Assembly (NCBI GenBank): GCA_011109175.1
Contig: RDEW01000008.1
Span: 342,853 to 406,852 of the forward strand
Direction of reading: 5' to 3'
Origin: Dicyema japonicum
Taxonomy: Eukaryota > Animalia > Dicyemida
Length of the DNA stretch: 64,000 nt
Positions 35,100 to 47,989 of this stretch are shown here, one piece after another. The first letter of the stretch is position 1. Every line of letters starts with the position of its first letter. Under the pieces are notes generated by a model. It saw nothing but the letters and a program-made list of their open reading frames with translations. It was not told where the DNA came from and searched no databases. Both the position numbers and the translations under genes were made by a program.

Positions 35100-38000
35100 A
35101 TCAAAGCTGATTCAGGAGCGATCGATCAACTTCAGACATTGTATAGGCCCATCGACGAAGATGCGCTATAACACAAAAATACAAAAAAGAAATAAATATC
35201 ATCTGAATCGACCCCTCAGAGAATTTGACACAGTAAACGTGAGAAAAGAACCTGAAAAGAATGTTCCCACTTCGAAGAAAAAGGTACCAGCCAAGTCAAC
35301 TGAGATGTGTTCGTCCTGTCGGCTTGTCACAACTCGGAAGCATGGGATCTCCTGCTCTGCTTGTGGAGATTTCTTCCACCTCGGGTGTATCAAGCTATCA
35401 CAAGCCGCAGCGAGCGTGCTTGGAATATGGCAGTGCCAGTCATGTCTCGGCCTATGCAGGGAGGTTCCCCGTACCACATGCCAATGTTAACTCTCCCGTT
35501 AATTACCCATCAACCACGAACTCTGAAACATTCCTACGTTCTTCACGGACTATCCCTGTGAGGATTAAGGCCAGTCGCCGCGGAGGGGCTTTCCAAAACG
35601 ATCGAAGATGCCCTCCGGACTAACGCAATGCCAATGTTAACTCTCCCGTTAATTACCCATCAACCACGAACTCTGAAACATTCCTACGTTCTTCACGGAC
35701 TATCCCTGTGAGGATTAAGGCCAGTCGCCGCGGAAGCGCTTTCCAAAACGATCGAAGATGCCCTCCGGACTAACGCAGTACATGATTGGATGCGCTTATT
35801 TAGTTTTGCGCCTTCCGCACTGGGACTTGATCGAGATGGTCACAGAAAGGAGTCTCTCGCTACCATCATGAGGACCAACATTCGTTCTTTTTTGGGAGGT
35901 ATCCACATCCCCAGTCGTCCGATTCTCCTCGCAATACGGAATTTTGCCCCTAGTAGCAGTGGCGGGCTCGACGGAATGATACCTGGCTACCTGAAGGATC
36001 TAACCTCTTTGTCCGTAAGAGAACAGGGACTTCGTCTTACGAATTCAATTACTTCACTTATGAATCGGATCATATCTGGAGTTCTTCCCGAAGTTATCCT
36101 ACATGTTCTGTTCTCCGCCAATTTGATAGCCTTTGATAAGAAGGGAGGCGGAGTACGACCAGTTGCGGTCGGGTTTGTCTACAGAAGACTGGCTACTAAA
36201 ATTGCCTCCAGACATTCTATTCCACTCGTCACAAAATTCTTGAACCACCACTCAAGTAGGCGTCGGTATTCACTTGGGATGCGAGGCCGCTGTCCATTCA
36301 GTGAGGATATTCATAAACCACAGTATAGAAGATTCCCGGGGACATGTCCTGGTCAAACTGGACATCAAGAATGCCTTCAATAGTCTAAGGAGGGACAATA
36401 TCCTGGAAACGTGTGTTGAGAGATTCTCCAATATTTTCGAATTTGAGAATCAGTNGTATTCGCTTGGGATGCGAGGCCGCTGTCTATTCAGTGAGGACAT
36501 CAATAAACCGCAGTATAGAAAATTCCCGGGGACATGTCCTGGTCAAACTGGACATCAAGAATGCCTTCAATAGTCTAAGGAGGGACAATAACCTGGAAAA
36601 GTGTGTTGAAAGATGCTCCAATATTTTCGAATTTGTGAATCAGTCATATAGCATACCTTCATCCTTACTTTTCAGGGAATACCTAATCCATTCCTATTCT
36701 GGAGTCCAACAGGGAGATCCCCTTGGACCTCTATTGTTTTGTCTTGCAATAGAGAAAATCACCAAACTTCTGTGCTCGCCCCTCAACCTATAATATCTAG
36801 ATGATGCAGTCCTCAGAGGACCCATGGATACTGTTTTCTGGGATTTTGAAGTGATAATTCCAGTGCTGTTGGAAGCTGGACTGGATTTAAATTAAACTAA
36901 ATGCGAAATCTACAATTGCGGACTTTCAGAAGAGAAATATTCGAAAGCTTTGTTATGTTTCGGAAATTGACTGCCTGAAAGTATTTTTACAGACCATGAA
37001 GAACTTATATTTCTCGGATGCCCAATCACCATAAATGCAATGGGAAGAGCTATACGTGAAAAACGACTGTTACTCGAAGAGACTCTGAACCACTTTTGTC
37101 TACTTGACATGTATACAGCATNGGACTTTCAGAAAAGAAGTATTCGAAAGCTTTGTTATGTTTCGGAAATTTACTGCCTGAAAGTATTTTCACAGATCAT
37201 GAAGAACTTATATTTCTCGGATGCCCAATCACCATAAATGCAATGGGAAGAGCTATACGTGAAAAACGACTGTTACTCGAAGAGACTCTGAACCACTTTT
37301 GTCTACTTGACATGTATACAGCATTATTCCTCCTGAAAAACAGTCTCAACGTACAGAGGCTTGCATATGTCCTGAGGACTGCTCCCTATTTCACCCAGTG
37401 TGATCAACTCGCACATATTAACGAGATCTTCCGTACGAAAGCGGAACGTATCTAAAACGTCCGGTTCGAGGATTACTAATGGAAGCAAGCTACGCTTCCA
37501 GTAAGACTCGGATGACTTGGAATTCGGAACCCTGTGGACCTTTCTCTCCCTTCATATCTATCATCGCTAGTGGCCTGTAACTCCCATGTCAAGAGGATTC
37601 TACACTCTCTACCTGAATTCTATATTGACAAAGACGCCGGCCATGCTCGTGAGGCTTGGAGCCGCACTTATCAGCTTTCCCTGCCTTCCTCGTTCTCTCA
37701 CCTGGGCTTGGACGATGCTATAAGTTGGAATTCTTTACAAAAAAAGTGCAGGCAGATTTCCTAGACACATGGCCTTGAACAAAGTCGTTAGGCGAGGTTT
37801 GGACGCCGCTGGACACCCCTCCATGCTCGAACCTGTCGGTATTTGCAGGCGGGATGGGAAATGACCAGATGGGATGACAATCTTTCCTTTTGAAGCCGGG
37901 AAACCTCTTGTCTGGGACGTTACCTGCACCGACACATTTGCCTCTTGCAACCTACTCCAGAATGCCTCTGGAGCCTGTTCTGCCGCTGAGAAGGCCGAGA

Positions 38001-38665
38001 AGATGAAACGGGAAAAGTACGCGGTCCTACCCAAGGATTTTTTTGTTTGTTCCACTCGCCGCTGAGACGTCTGGTTCCCTTGCGCTTGCGACGCTGGAAT
38101 TTTTAAGTCGTCTAGAAAATCGGATCGCTACACGAACAAAAGACCCCTGTGAGAGCTGCTGGTTATTTGAGAAAATTTAATTTATTTAACCTCAAGACCA
38201 CCAAGAAAGATAAGCCAAAACTAATTAGGTGATCCAAGCCTCCAACAACATCTGAACTCTCTTCATTTGGTCTTCTGATGATCCAACCACATTCCGGAAG
38301 CGCCTTCTCTCCCTACCGCAAAGGAATTCAATCGGCGTGCACTTTTCTTATTTCCAACCGAAATTCCTCTGCATGGGGAACTTTTTCTCTGAGTGGGTTT
38401 CCCAGTTCCTTGCAGAAACATAGGAAACCCTGGCCATTCTTCAACGTTGCCTCATCAGAATCGAGGCCACCAATTGGGATGTCCGTGTGGTGCATAATTT
38501 TCCGCCTGAGGGAGTTCAAACGGTCCACTCTCGAAGAGTCGCTAGGCGAGTTTTGTAGCCGCGAGATTTGAGGAATACCCTCGCTATCCTTAGAGGGAAT
38601 AGCCACGCAGTCAGGGCAGCCGCTATATAACCGTTTACTCTCTTTTTTTACATAAATAAATCATT
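35100..38665 (+). mobile_element. Near full-length decayed CRE-like element: PHD, RT, restriction-like endonuclease; interrupted at about 38178
   Basis: PHD CSSC...CSAC...HLGC...WQCQSC; SGGLDG..P; KKGGGVRPVAVG; LDIKNAFNSL; GVQQGDPLGPLLF; YLDD; PDG...LVWDVTCTDT; resumes LAILRGNSHAVRAAAI* at about 38580-38630. Confidence 0.9.
38179..38565 (-). mobile_element. 'AGIT*'-family LINE 3' fragment inserted antisense in the CRE-like element
   Basis: Reverse strand ends GGATCACCTAATTAGTTT...TGGTCTTGAGGTTAAATAAA; degenerate TSD ATTTGAG(A/G)AA at 38165 and 38566. Confidence 0.7.
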
Positions 38666-38669
38666 TATG

Positions 38670-41210
38670 TAAAAAATTAACTATCATAAATGTCTATGCA
38701 CCACACTACGGGCGAGTAATCAAAAACCTCGGTGAGCTCGAGGAATTCTATTTAGAACTATCAAGCACATATTAGAATAATGCGTCCTTGTCCCTTGTCT
38801 TTGTTGCGGGGGATATGAATTCAACGGCCGGAATGCAAATAGGACCCGAAAAATCCTCTATTGTACGACACGGGTGCGGAAGGAGAAATGTATCTGGAGC
38901 CTCTGTGAACTTTTGCGAGGCAAATACCGTATTCCTGTGCAACACGGCCTTCACACACTCAGCTCGCTACAAGACTACATGGCACGAACAAAGAAAAAAC
39001 TCAGTCGGGAAGACCGTAAATATATACAATCAAATCGACTACATTATCTGCCGAAAGTCTGATAAACACCTGATAAATGATGCACGTTCTTACCAGGGGA
39101 CAACAACTTACAGCGACCATAGGATTATTATTGCTGTACTGTCTATAATAAAGCCCTTGATGGGAAAAAAATATATTGAAAACGCGAAGACGGCGATACA
39201 AAGACCCAATATATATTTTCAGACAGAAAAATTGTGGTTAGAGCCCACCTGTAGGGCTAAAAATCACGAACAAATCGAGACTCTCATGGAGATAACCGTA
39301 CCTGAATCATCAGTACGAACTCTGTGAGATCAACCAAAGCAGGTAATCTCCAAGTCAGCTGATATATGCCTTGGAGTTCCCAATCATCACGCTCTAAAAT
39401 TAGATCACCACCCTAACGTGCCAGATATGGCAAAGCATTGCAGAGAGCTAAGGTTAAAAGCTACAAGCACTTCAGACGAGAGTATAAAAAAGAGCTTAAA
39501 TTCAAAAAAGGGAACTAAAATAGGGAATCAAAAAGATGAACAACATTTACGGGAAATTATTACATCCCTATTAAAAGATGTGGAATGCCTAGAAGACAAA
39601 TAAAAGACGGCTACTGCAGACAAAGAAAGGACAAAACATCCTTCACATCAAAGACAAAAAAGGAAAATTCGTGGGTAACCCAGAAAAAAAGCCGAATTGC
39701 ACGTTACTTTGAAATGTTGCTGAATACAGACAATAAGGAATTTCCCTCTTTACATGGAGAACCGAGGGCATTATTGATTGTAATCACAGTGGAAGAAGTT
39801 GAATCATCTCTAAATAAACTGAAGAACAACAAGAGTGCTGGGTCAAACAACATAAGCCCTGAGCTTTTAAAATATGGGCCAAAAAACTTAGTGAAACAAT
39901 TGTAAAAACCTAAATAACATCTTTAAAACTAATACCGATCTAGGACATGGAAATGGATTATTATTACTTATACAAAAACAGGACAAATCAAAAGGACTAG
40001 TAAAAAAATTCCGCCTGATCATACTTCTGAACTCGATATGCAAGGTGCTGGCAAACATGGCACTATGCCGGACCTATCAGCAAGTCAAAATGGGTTCCGT
40101 ATATGGAGCCATAGATGGCGCTGTACAACGGACCGCAACTACAGTGTTGGGAATAGGTCTTTCCAGAGCTTTTGACTCAATAAACAGACAGAAACTGATG
40201 AATGTGCTTGAGCAAATATTGGATGAATCGTCGGTTAGGATAATCAGACTACTACTTGCGAATACAAGACTATCTGTGAGGACAGAAAGAGCAACTTCCC
40301 GTAGTTTCAAAACAACGATTGGGACACCCCAGGGTGATTCTCTCTCCCCTTTACTATCCACCATATGCCTTAAATCTGCACTCCGCGACCTCCGTAAATG
40401 CTATATAGGAGACATAGAAGAGACATCTTATGTGGATGATGTGAATTTCGTATAACGGGACCGCACTCCAACACATACTAGAAAATGCACTTGCGGAGCT
40501 TGAGAAATGGTCTCTCAGCGTAAATGTTAACAAAACTGAAATTACTGAAATCAAAATAGAATACGATATTACTCATGTAAGATGGAGACGTACTAGTAAG
40601 CTCGGCTCTCTACTATGAGACGCTGAAGATGTACTAAGGAGAAAAAAATGGCAAATGCGTCAATGGCTAAACTGAGGAAAGGATGGCTAAGAGCGAAAAG
40701 ACTTGGAATTGACATCAGATGCAGGCTTTACAATGCCTTTGTGAAACCAATTCTACTGTACAACGCTGGGACATGTGGAAGTTCCTTTAACGAACTATTG
40801 AAACTGGATTCGTTCCATAGAAGACAAAAAGAATATTACTCAGAATGGAGTGGCCACGTAGAATATCAAGCAGTGGTATTTACAACAAGTGTATGTGTTC
40901 ATACATCAGGAAGGATGCGATAGATGCTCGGTGGAGGCTATTTTGACATGTATTAAGAATGAACCCGGATGCACCCGTTAACAAAGCGATGGAAGATTAT
41001 TTTGACAGTTGCGACAAACCCTCCCGTGGACGACCTAGATTGACACTTCCGACAGCCTTAAACAAAGATCTAAATCTTGTGAGAAAAAATCTAAAGACGG
41101 GGGACGACCTGGACGAATTGAGATCATTAGCATTCGACAGAGGAAGATGGAGGAGATTAACTCTAAATATTGTTTCTATGAGTGTTCCACATGCGGGGCT
41201 ATAAACATTA
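38670..41210 (+). mobile_element. Near full-length decayed RTE-like LINE (APE and RT)
   Basis: IINVYAP, VAGDMNS, NQIDYII, SDHRII, LSRAFDSI, GTPQGDSLSP, YVDDV, RLYNAFVKPILLYNA, RGRPRLTL. Confidence 0.9.
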
Positions 41211-41239
41211 TGGCTTTCGTGAAAGTGCCATAATGGTAA

Positions 41240-42565
41240 ATTTATCCCACTCAGGATCCCAAGGTCGGCGCATCTAACAGCTGCCTCCCGTCTTTAAAGC
41301 TAATCTCGAGAAAAGTCGATGACAATACTCAAGATGCCCGGATGCGCTTTCTTTACTATGAGCCTCTTGTCCTCGGATCACATTCAACCGAACTGAAAGA
41401 AGGGAACTTCAATTCAATCATCAAGAGAAATGCCTCTAAATACGGAACTGTTAACCAGGAGACTCCACTGGGAAGTCATTCGATTGGTGATCATTCGCCT
41501 TCATCGTCTAGGATCAAGAAAGACAAGTGGGATATACGCAAAGAAGTGAATAAGAAGGTAATGGTCAAGGACATTTGTGGTGCCCTGCCTACGCTTTCAA
41601 GCAATGATAAGGTTCTTTCACTAACTAAAGAAATCCTCGAGCTCATCATCCAAAAACAACCACTCGCCCACTCGGATCTACGCGAGACAGAAATTGGGAA
41701 GGACATTCTACATTGGCAACCACCACAGGTGCAGCAGTGCTGGCTTGGACGGCCTACGTCCGAGCCATATAACGGATTGGACGCTGAACCAGTACTATGC
41801 ATGGCTCGGGAAGTCTGGACGTGACTGAGTGTTGGATTCCTGAAGAACGCTAATAAACAACGAGAATGGGACAAGTTTTTATGCTCCAAGATCATAGACA
41901 AGATAAAACCTGTGTTTGATCAGCATCGTTTGGCTTCGGCATCGACGAACGAGAGTGGAGCCTGCTCGAAGCACTTGGGACACTATTGGATGACGACGCG
42001 ACGAGGATTCAGTCCGCCTCGGATGTGGAGGAATGGCCGACTTGAGAGGTCTTTGCCTTCTTTCTTGCCGGAGGAGTGCTGGAAAAAGTCCAAAGTACGC
42101 TGCAATCAACGAAGTTATTACTTGGGGGCTTGAGGCTGCTAGATTTCCTGTCAAATTAGAGCCGCTTGGACTTGCTCAAGCCAACCGAAGACCGGACGGA
42201 GCCACTCTATTCCTATGGGAAAGTGATAAATATCTTGCCTGGGATGCCACCTGTGTCGATAACCTCTCTCCCTCCAACCTTGTTGTGACAGCAACTAACC
42301 CAGAGTCTGCTTCGGAGAAGGCTAAGACCATAAAGTTGAAGAAATACGCATGTCTTGATAAGAAGTTTATTTTTGAACCAGTCGCCGTGGGAACCTCATG
42401 TAACATAGAAAACAGGTTACTGGTCCTGCTAAACATAATCGGCTACCTCATCGCCAGGAAAAAAATGATAGGTGAGAAAGGAGCTGGCTCATTGAACGCA
42501 TTTCTTTGCAAATCGTCAGGGGAAATGCGTTCTCAATTATAAGAGGAGCCAGCAGTTGTTAACTT
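41240..42565 (+). mobile_element. Internally deleted CRE-like element (RT missing)
   Basis: HCLLSC...KYAAINEVI, RRPDGATLFLWESDKYLAWDATCVDNL, KLKKY...FEPVAVGT. Confidence 0.8.
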
Positions 42566-42880
42566 TTTTTATTTATTTAACCCAAGAACACCAATAGTTA
42601 ATTTAATTGTATTAAACTAATTAGGTGATCCCGGCCGCCTCCATCAGGTCTCTCATCTTTTTCCAGTGGACCTTCCGAGATCCAACACAGCTTCTCTGAG
42701 GACGGGAGGGTTTTGAAAGAAAATTAAGAGGGGTGATGTAGAGTCTTCTAGTAAGACCCAATCCATTGGAGCATTGTAGGAAGTTGGATTTTCGGCACAG
42801 AGCGGCGAATCCCTTCCCATTTTGTCCGATAAGGTCTTCCAGAGAGGTGGGTTTGAGACTGACTGTTCTCACGAGCTTGC
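42566..42880 (-). mobile_element. 'AGIT*'-family LINE 3' fragment with a 13-bp TSD
   Basis: ORF end MEAAGIT*; CAGTTGTTAACTT at 42553-42565 and 42881-42893. Confidence 0.8.
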
Positions 42881-42950
42881 CAGTTGTTAACTTAGTTTTT
42901 GCGTTAATAAAATTAGTTTATAATAAAAAATATTAAATTTAATTAATTAA

Positions 42951-42970
42951 TTTTGGCGCGGATATTGAAT
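42951..42970 (+). promoter_or_regulatory. E2F/CDE plus CHR-like element upstream of FANCD2
   Basis: TTTTGGCGCG-GATA-TTGAAT in otherwise very AT-rich DNA, 15-35 nt before the ATG at 42986; matches the E2F consensus TTTSSCGC. Confidence 0.5.
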
Positions 42971-42985
42971 AACTTCTTAGTTAGC

Positions 42986-45900
42986 ATGCTTTTTTTAATT
43001 ATCAAAATTTCTAATCCATTGGGAAGGATGTTGATAAACTCAGGAATTTTAGTAGATGCCAAAAATAATATCACATGTATTCTATTTTATTTATATTTAG
43101 CCAAGACACAGTCTATTATTCGTCATTAAGCGTCATATATGAGAAATTTAGAAAAATCAGAGATTAATAAAATTAAGTTTTATATATAAAAATTGTCATC
43201 TCTGGAAAATTTGTATTTTTAATCTAAACAATTTAGATTTGTCTATTTAGTTTCACCTCTGAAGGTTGAACTGAATTACTTAAACGAATCTCAAAATTTG
43301 CTACGACTTTTGTTATCTGCTCAAAAATTTTAGGTTTTCATATTTAGTTGAGCATTAGACTACGATAATATCAATTATAATCCAAAAATTCGAGCAGCCA
43401 CAAAACTTTGACGAAAACTCTGAAAACTTGAATTTTTTAATAATCCTACTAAACCAATTAAAATGGCTAAAATATCATTTTCTAGAGATTCAGGTATTCA
43501 AAATTTCTCATTTCAAGCTTCTAATTGTATATTTTGTAACCAATTTGATTCAGAACTGTCAGTTTAGACTTTTGGAAGCCCTTTTATCTTCTCTACCAGA
43601 GATTTTCTTCACTTTTAAGCCAGAAATCCTATCAAGTCAACAATACAGATGTTTGTTGACTGACATTTCAACGTAAATGGTTAAAGTACATCATTTGAGA
43701 ATACGAGATCGAATACAAAACGTTCAGGTCTTACTGGACTGCCTTCAGTCTATCCCTCTATCAGGAAATGACTTTTATGAACGGGTTTTGTCTAATTTGA
43801 TATAACTAGATAATTCCCCAAGTTATTGATATTACTTTGAGATATCATCGAGATCTTAAACATCTATTTTGCTCTGTTTCGGCCTCTTTGGATACTAACT
43901 GTTCGGAATCTGTCAAAATTATCGAGAATTTGCGGATTGCTCTTATTACCATTTTCAGGAGGAAGGAAAATACTTATTTACCCAAGGGGAGGTCAACGTA
44001 TGATGATATGTCAGATGATTTGAATATTGGATTAGAACTTATGGAGGCTGTGAAAAAAAAAATTTCATACAAAAATATATTTTGTGAAGTTTTTATGAAA
44101 ATTTTTTATTCTTTTCTAATGAAAAATGAATTTGATTTCTTTATTTTACTAATATTCTATTCTCAAAGCCACAGAATTCCTCATGCAAACCTTTTATCTA
44201 AATTGAATCGACTTTTGAAGATATGTGTCGCAGAAAACCTTTTTTCCGACTGTTTTGACGTTTATTTTAGTTCCTTAAAATATTTATGGTCCTCCTTAAT
44301 TGAGTTCGCTGATACGTTTTCGAGTTCGGTTCACTTTCCTTACATTTATGCCGAACTTTTGTTGGCTTCTGAGAATGATGACATTCTCAAAGCATCTGTT
44401 TTGGAAAACATTTTTATTTCCATCAAAAATGGAGGTGTAAAGATTGTTGTAGAAAACCACCTGTTTGTGATTGAAAAATTTGTAAATTCTGTCTTGTCTT
44501 TGAACTGTTTATCTATTTATTTTAATGATTTGATGACCTTACTCGAAAACAGAACATATACGACTTTGCTGTTCTCTATCATTTCAATATTTTGCGTGAA
44601 TTTGTACTATAATGATAAAGACACTAAATTTACCGTTAAATTCAATAATTTTATCCTCAATCGTCTCCTTTCTTCCCAACCAGCTTCTGGATCATTTTTG
44701 TACGGCATACAAGCTACAGTCAAAATTTTATCAGACTTCATAAGGTTTACTGTTAAAAGTGGATTTAGTCATTATTACCCCCCTGATGATATCATCTGTG
44801 TTTGGAATCTGTTTGATGATGTAATTTCCTTCTCTCTTATTTGTGAAGTTGGTTTCATTGCATTTGCTGATCAATTGACTAATAGTATTTCCAAAATATG
44901 ACAATATTCTGATAACAAAGTACTTTTTGGGTTCACTTTGTTTGCTGGAAAGGTCGAAGGCTTTGCTAGGATTCTATTCAAGGAGAAGATGCTCATAAAA
45001 TCCTCCGACAATTTTCGTTCCATAGAAAATGTTGATTATGAACTGAAATTGACTTCCCATATGTTATTGGGATTTTTATTTGTTTAGAGAATCTGTCCTG
45101 CCCAGTTGGGTTGGTTTATTGTTTGAATTATCCGTCGCTAAGCAGACATTGGACGATTTTGTGAGAAATGTGGCAGGTTTGGAGGAAATTTTATTTTGCA
45201 ATGGGATTCTCATGGAATGATGTTTGTGAGGACTGCAGTGACCAAGCCAGGCGTATTTTAAATTGTCTAAATTGTTGCATAGAGGTTATATGCATATTCT
45301 ATTACTAGTCACTTAACTTTATGGCAAAATGCTATAATTATGGAATTTTATCAATTGATTATTTTTACAAACGGATGGATTCCATTGTCGACCTATTGAC
45401 TCGTTTCACTCATCTGTGGCAGAACGGGGAATCACTTACAAATACAATTGTTAGAATTGACTGTTCTTGTGTTCTCGATAAACACAAGAATATCTCTCAA
45501 CATTTTGAAACAGTTTAGTGTTGTGAGTAAGTTCTAAGGACTCACAGTTTGATGGAAATTGCAACAGACTGGCTATTCGGGCTCTTATTGGTTCCTATAC
45601 TACATTTGCCTTTAGGTATATTTATGATTATTGTAGAAAAGTCAGTGAGGATGTTTATTGTCTCTATTTTGCAAGATTTTTGGTTTCGTTTGTCTTTATT
45701 TTGTAAGGATGATGTGGTCAAAGGAAAAGAGTCGTTTCCTTGTTTTCTTAATGAATTTCTTATTGGTATTTTGTATAAGCAGTTGTTGTTTATAAAAGTT
45801 ATGTGTAATTTAATTTTAGACAAAAAACAACCTTTCAAGTAATTTAAATAATATTTTAATTAATTTTATTTGTGTATATTATCGACAATTGGTATTATTA

Positions 45901-47162
45901 TTTGTTACAATTTAGATTGACAATGATAGGGAAAATTTGGAATTGTTCATTGAATGTCTTATTCTGTTACGTATTACTGTCTGTGGTAACTTTATTTGCC
46001 TAACTTAAAGAAAATGAATTTTACAAAACTCAAAACAAATTATTATCAGGCATTTTGTGCATTCATTTTAGATGTTAGAATTTTAGTAAAAGAAATCGTA
46101 CAATTTTGGCAAAGTTATCCCATTCTCTTCGTCACTTTGGATTTGATTACTTTAATAAGGAACCTGTGGCCGAATGGAAGTGATGAACATACAAACCTGG
46201 CTGAATGTCTTCTCAGTATAAGAAATCGTACAATTTTGGCAAAATTATCCCATTCTCTTCGTCACTTTGGATTTGATTACTTTAATAAGGAACCTGTGGC
46301 CGAATGGAAGTGATGAACATACAAACCTGGCTGAATGTCTTCTCAGTATAGACTACAACGATAAATCATCAAAAACAGTAAAAATAAGACGACAGATTTC
46401 CTCAGAGTTACTAAAGTTATTGGTAAATCATATTTAGCATTTATATTAAAATTACTGGAGATTTTCCCCTTCAGACATACTCTAGACTTCAAGAAATAAC
46501 TAAAATGGTGGTTTCTTGGTATTTGAATGTACCCACCAACGTTTCCTACCCTCTACTTTCAAGGTTGTGAAATATATTAGTTTAGTGAGACTTTTGAGTC
46601 ATTTTACAAGACTATTTGCGAATTGATTGTAAAGGCTGCTAATGTAACTAATGGAACAGATTCATGGGACTCTCTAGCGAATACATTTTCTGTTTTAGTG
46701 GATATTTTGCGTTCACAGAAAACAAGTCGACAATGGAGTGTCCTGGTTGGCACTTTGATTAGACAAAGCTGTCGGATTGTCTCTGCTTTTCGACGAAATT
46801 TTTTGACAAAACATTTACTTTCAGCCTTTTCTGACTCTAATAGTCCTGAAAGCCTTATTCTGTCGTCTTTTCAGAAGACTACTCGAAGACTTCATCAACT
46901 GTGCGCTCATTTTAAGGTATTTGCAGTTTGTCAATGTCAGTTAAGTCGAGATAATAAATTGTCAGCCTATGTACCTCCTATGAAAAGAGAGTTGGAGGGA
47001 TTTCTGCTTGATGTGAAGAGGATATTTACACGCGGATCCTCTGTTGGAGCCTTTTCTGTTGGGAATTTGAAGCATAGGAGTGTTTTCAGTGGAGATGTAA
47101 TTTCGTCTCAAATTCCTCCCGAAGATGATGTCGACAGCGTTGGAAGTATTGATGATTTATAA
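42986..47162 (+). pseudogene. FANCD2: FANCD2, many tiny introns; multiple stops and frameshifts as assembled
   Basis: NLLRLLL, NQLKWL, LLSSLPEI, and the C-terminal FQKTTRRLHQLCAHFK...YVPPMKRELE...VK...AFSVGNLKHR...ISSQ. Stops at 43127, 43187, 43331, 44899; +1 shift at about 45194; 130-bp duplication 46091-46350. Confidence 0.85.
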
Positions 47163-47989
47163 TTTTTTCTTAAAATTAAATTTTCACAGAATTAATGACA
47201 ATTCTCTTTTTTGGTCAAATGGAATCGATAGGGCTTGCAAAATTTGATGGTTTTTTATTTTTATTATCAGCACGATCTAAAAATATTGAAATTCTTTTTT
47301 GCCGTCCAGATCTGACCAATTAACTTTTCCATAGTCTTATATTTCGCTCCCCTTTTTAGGAAATTGGCATTGAAAACAACTTGAAAATTTGTTTTGGATT
47401 TGTGTCTTTTTTGAGACGTAACTCTCTTTCAAACCTCATACAGTTACTTTGCAAAAGCTAAATCTTTACAACTGAAAAAATATGAAACAACGTATGTGGT
47501 CTTCAATTGTCCCCACTTCCGAACGAAAGTGCCTTCTCTCATCTCTGCAGAGGAATCTGATTAAAGATGGGAATTTTGGGACCAATCAGTTTTCTGTTTG
47601 TTTTGATCAGGATAAGCTGACATGGTTTTTATATTCCTCACAAATGCGGCAAAATCCGGATCCATATTTACGGGTCGTAACTTTCTTAAATAGGTGATTG
47701 ATATCCAATAATGAAGATAATTGATCTAATTAATGTTTGATCGATAACCTGTTTTTTTACCATAATATTGATTTGTTACATTTGATCATAAATTGAACTC
47801 AAAAATATAATATATACGTTTAAACATCTCCACGAGTGCTGCTGGTTATTTGGGCGAATTTCGCAATTCTGAGATGGAATATCCACGCAGTCATGATTGC
47901 TGCTGTATGGTCTATGAATTGATTGTTCAACGATTTAGTTATTTATTACAAATGCCTTAAACAATATCATTTTAACTATTAATAAACGA

